This document shows, in pieces, positions 59,529 through 64,000 of a stretch of DNA of 64,000 bases. Location: positions 17,169,840-17,233,839 of the forward strand of contig CAVNZM010000001.1 in the NCBI GenBank assembly GCA_963693365.1, in the 5' to 3' direction. How positions within the stretch are numbered: the first letter of the stretch is position 1; the number at the start of each line of letters is the position of its first letter. The DNA comes from Amoebidium appalachense. Its lineage: Eukaryota; Protista; Ichthyosporea. The notes under the pieces were generated by a model. That model was not told the origin of the DNA and made no database searches. It worked only from the letters and a program-made list of their open reading frames with translations. Both the position numbers and the translations under genes were made by a program.

Positions 59529-62158
59529 TTAACACGTAGCTGACACACTACTTGCACATACTCCAACGTGCACCAACGTCCCCATGTTTTCTCCCACAAC
59601 ACTGTTCCCGTGACCAGGTCTATACCCATTCGGATTCACTCCCTTTTCCTCGTTTCTCTTTTCTGTCATCGTATTACTCAGGGGGGGTCTGTATAGTCTT
59701 AGAAGCAGGGAGGAGCAGACGACCGACACACTCGAACAGGCCATTGCTACTGCAGCCACCCAGGGGGGAACATCACATGCAGGGGGAACAGAACACCTGT
59801 TGGGCAAAAGGGGAGGGGGGAGGGGGGGGGGGGTTAGTCAGTCGGGGTGCAGCATGGGTTTAGGGGCCAAAAATCATTCTACAAAACAATTTGAGTGGTC
59901 TGTTCCCGAAAACCCCCCCCCCCCCCCCCCCCCCCTCCCTCCCCCCGGCCCCCCAACTCCCCCTTGGCGGTTCGGTTTCTGGTTTGAGACCTTGAGATAG
60001 AGAAATTTGTCGGTATCAACGGGTCAGCAAACAAAAGTAGGGGACAGGGTGTTCATGTTTTGGTCACGCGTGGCAAAAGGGTGATTATGAGGTGTACGTT
60101 AACCAGGAAACGGGAGAGATTCAGAAGAGAACGTGCTTTCGAAGTAGGAGATATCAGACTTGGGGTGAAGTAGTTGCAGGGGATAAGAAAAGTGAGAGGC
60201 ATATCGGGAAGGACGGGGAGGGGAGGGGAGGGGGGGGGGGGGGGAGGAGGGGGGGGGGGGGGGGGGAGAGCTGGGAAGTGAAATGCTCTCAGGAAACAAG
60301 TGAAGAGGGAGGAGGATGGGGAAGGGGGGGGGGGGGGGGGGAAGGGGGGGGGGGGGAGGGGGGGGGGAGGGGGGGAAGGGGGCGGGGGAATGAAACCAGC
60401 AGCAAAGGGTATGGCCACTGTGTTGTATCCATAGGCCCACAGAAAGTTGATCTTGATCCTTTGGAAGGTCACCCTCGAAATGTCAAAGGCAGTCACCACA
60501 TCGCGCAGATCGGATCGGATCAGCACGAAATCGGCTGCCTCGATGGCTACATCCGTACCGGCACCGATTGCAATTCCGATGTCAGCCTGGAAATAAAAAT
60601 AGCCTTGGGTCAAATTCAGGCATAAGGTCGTACCTTTTTTTTAAATATTCCTATTTTATTTTAATGTTTACAGAAAGGGTCTTGTCCCCATGCCGCTGCC
60701 TCTAGGTGTGTACACGTACAACCTATTGCACCAGCAAAAAAATGTGCAGGTGGAGCATCAAATAAGTAGGGATAAGAATAGTTCACATACCTGTGCAAGT
60801 GCGGGCGAATCGTTCACGCCATCACCAACCATTGCAACCACTTTGCCCTCCTCTTGGAGTTCTCGAACTTTCTCGGCCTTCTGTGACGGAAGTACTTCTG
60901 CAAACACCGTAGTGATGCCAACCTGTGCAGAAAAACGTTAATTTTTATAGGCACACACTGATTGGATCAATACTGATAGTCTGTAGGCTAGCTGGTCTAT
61001 CCCCCAGAACGTCAGCTAGCCCATAATATAGCTGTGTTCGTAACATGTAGTCCTCTTGCCAGTATTTTACCATATGCTATGCTTTTTCTTGTGCGGTCTG
61101 GCTTCCAGTCAACACCGTTTAAGTGAACAGTAGTAATAACTTGAATGTAAGCAGTTATAAGAAACATGGCTACCAGAAACAGAAAAATTCGACAAAATGC
61201 ACAAACGGACAGTGATAAGCATTCACTGCGTGTTACACAGCAGGCATCCGGGGGGGGAGAGGGAAGTTGGGGGCGGGGGGGGGAGGGGGGGGGGGGGGAT
61301 ACTTTTAAATTGGTGCAACGCTTCGTAGCACAACTAAGGATCACAACAGACCTCACTTAAAGAACCACCACACACCTGCATTGCAATTGCAGCCGCTGTG
61401 CGCCTATTATCCCCCGTGACCATCCATGGCTCTATGCCCCTCTTCTTTAACTGCGCCACCACCACTCTGCTCTCTGGCCTCACCGCATCTGCCACTGCTA
61501 TCGCACACACGAGATCCGATTGCACGATCCCACACAGCATGGCCGTAGCTCCTTGCTCTTCGTGCCTGTATGTACTTTCTAAATCAGTATTTGTCCTCCC
61601 CCCCCCCCCATCCCCTTCATTTTTTCATTCATTTTGGAAATGTGTCCTGTTCATGTACACACCCAGGGCCAAAGAATCGAAGACAACCTACATATGGAGC
61701 ATGCACCCATCAACCGTCCTGGCCTTTCATTACACGTCTATGGCGCAAGCACATATTCGTTTCAAACATGTGTACGCACATGGACGTGTGTCATGGCATT
61801 TCACCCATTACATATGTATTTGTGGTGTAACGTTTAGTATCATGAAATGCTCGAGTAGATTTTGCATAAGAAGGATTAGAAGTACATAGCGTGCGCAGGT
61901 TTTATGGCGATGTTATATCACTTTATTAAAGTTGATGCAGTCTGTGTGAAAAAGGGATAGGGGAGGGAGCGGGAAGGCAGGGGGAAGGGGCTGGCGGGAA
62001 AAAGGGGAGCGGGCGAGTGGGGGGGGGGGGGGGGGGGGGGGGGGGGTGCGGGGGGCGGGGGGGTGGAGGGGGGAAGGGGGGGGGGGGAGGGAGAGATGAT
62101 AGAAAAGGAAGAAGTGGATCAATGGGCGGGATGCATCCACATTGGACCGTCCCCCCTC

Positions 62159-62191
<33 letters not shown>

Positions 62192-62255
62192 CAGCCACCC
62201 TAGCCCCCCCCCCCCCCCCCCCCACCCACCCACCCACCCGATTTGCTTTACATAA

Positions 62256-62316
<61 letters not shown>

Positions 62317-63890
62317 CGCGCGTGCGTGGTGCGGTGAGGGTGCAGGTGCGTGTACATGTTTCTTCCCCTTTGTTTTTTGGGAGGAGGGGGGGAGGGGGGA
62401 GGGTCGGCTCCTTACCTCACCATGATTGCCTCTGCAGCTGGGCCGACCTCCACCCCGTTTTCAGCCATCCAGGCCCTATTTCCGACCACCAGCCTCACAT
62501 TCTCACCAACCACACATTTAAGGCCCCGGCCTGCCACAGCCTCAAAATCTCGCGCTGACAGTGGGGTCTTATCGAATTTTTCACCTGCAAACTGGTCGAA
62601 AATGGGGGTCAGTTTAGTTGTGCCTCTCTTGTGCTGGCATGTAGGAGATGCCTGATGTTGGGCCCGGGAGGGGGGGGGGGGGGATGGGGGGGGGGGGGGG
62701 GGGGGGTATTTATTTACTATGTTGTTTCTCAGATGGTTTATTTGTTTATTTTTCTTTGGGAAGGGGGGGGGGGGGGAGGGAGGGAAAGGGGCGGAAGGGG
62801 AGAGGGGGGGGGGTTCTATACCTCGCATATGGCCTTGCCCAGGGGATGTTCGGAGCCAGACTCGGCACTAGCCAGCCAATCAAGTGCCTGCACACACCAG
62901 TCATTGCACGGGGTGGGTATGGTGTCTGCACAGGGCAGAGTGTGAACCAGCCAAGACTAACTAATTGCTGTCAACTTCATGCACTCACGGATGCACACGC
63001 TCCCGCCCGCCCGCAACACACACACACAATGCATGCACACACACGCGCGCGCACGTGCGACCACACACACATACACGCACACGCACACAACCCACACACG
63101 CACACAACACCATGACGCACCACACGTGTGCACACACACACACACACACGATATCCCCCTCCCCATGTGTTTTCCCTTTCTGGCTGTATACCATCACACA
63201 CACTGCCCTGCACCTGATTCACACATACACACACCTCCCACTACTCCTCATATCTCATTACCCCTTGCTGCCTACCCCGTTCCCATCCTCAGCCCCTTGT
63301 TCTAATGAATTTATTTTGTTTTCCCACCATCAAACTAAGAATGTTTCTTGTGTTGTTATAAACGAAAAAGAGAGCACGGGGGAAAGGCTGGGACCAGGGT
63401 GTACGTGTATGTGTGTTTGTTTTTAGGGGGAGGAGGGGGGGGGGGTGGGGGGAGGCGTAAAAAAAAAGCTATTGCAAAGGAAAAAGGGGAGGTGGGGCAA
63501 GAGAGAGGGGAGGGGGGGGGGGGGGGGGGGAGGGGGGGGGAGGGAGAGAGAGAGAGAGAGGGAGGGAGGGGGAGAGAGAGAGAGGGAGGGAGGGAGGGAG
63601 GGAGGGAGGGAGGGAGAGAGAGAGTGAGGGAGGGAGGGAGGGAGGGAGGGGGGAGGGAGGGGGGAGGGAGGGAGGGAGGGAGGGAGGGAGGGAGGGAGAG
63701 GTGAATGGATGGCAAGAGATTAAATGCTGTCTTGGTGTGTAGGGAAATAGAAATGGCATGAATGATTTTGTATACAAGAGCATCCTAGTCCCACCTGGAT
63801 ATCGCTGTATTGGCCGAAAGGGGTGAAGCCAACGACCGAGGGCTTGCCGGTGGTCAGTGTGCCGGTCTTGTCGAACACAACCGCAGTGAC
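59529..63890 (-). CDS. ATP7: Copper-transporting P1B-1 ATPase (ATP7/Ccc2-like); 3' part only, the gene continues beyond the window
   Basis: Exons 63890-63795, 62887-62822, 62591-62416, 61565-61376, 60922-60791, 60586-60397 and 59796-59529. Motifs [35 protein letters not shown] and MACSSVSVV. One-base frameshift in the G6 run at 59763-59768. Confidence 0.94.
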
Positions 63891-64000
63891 CTGGGGAGGC
63901 ATGATACTAAAATTAAAGGGAAGTGGCGATTAAATCTTTAATTTTGAGTCTGTGGTTCATGCACACTTAGCCAATGGCAAGTTTTTTTGGCGACTTAAAT

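Overview
Intron-rich eukaryotic DNA. The gene content (FAM20-fold protein, GLUT10/12-like transporter, claudin-like protein, ATP7-like ATPase) suggests a unicellular opisthokont or holozoan, possibly an ichthyosporean; this is an inference. Most ORFs in the supplied track are artefacts of (CA)n/(TG)n/(CT)n microsatellites and poly-C/poly-G runs. Eight protein genes can be assembled by following GT..AG splice sites and codon phase: (1) a secreted proteinase-K/aqualysin-type subtilase (+); (2) a FAM20/four-jointed-fold type II membrane protein whose catalytic residues look degenerate (-); (3) an intronless 4-TM claudin-superfamily protein (+); (4) an MFS sugar porter (-); (5) PRP3 (+); (6) an intronless secreted 798-aa six-repeat protein (+); (7) coronin (+); (8) the 3' half of a P1B-1 copper ATPase (-). 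Mobile DNA includes a decayed non-LTR retrotransposon and a TTAA-flanked MITE with 64-bp TIRs. There are also two 32-33-bp inverted-repeat elements with 8-9-bp target duplications that look like P-element-type excision footprints. The most unusual signals are those footprints, the repeat protein whose predicted mature N-terminus and true C-terminus are the same pentapeptide (ASTGY), and the apparent FAM20 pseudokinase. All alignments were done by eye against remembered family motifs; none were computed.
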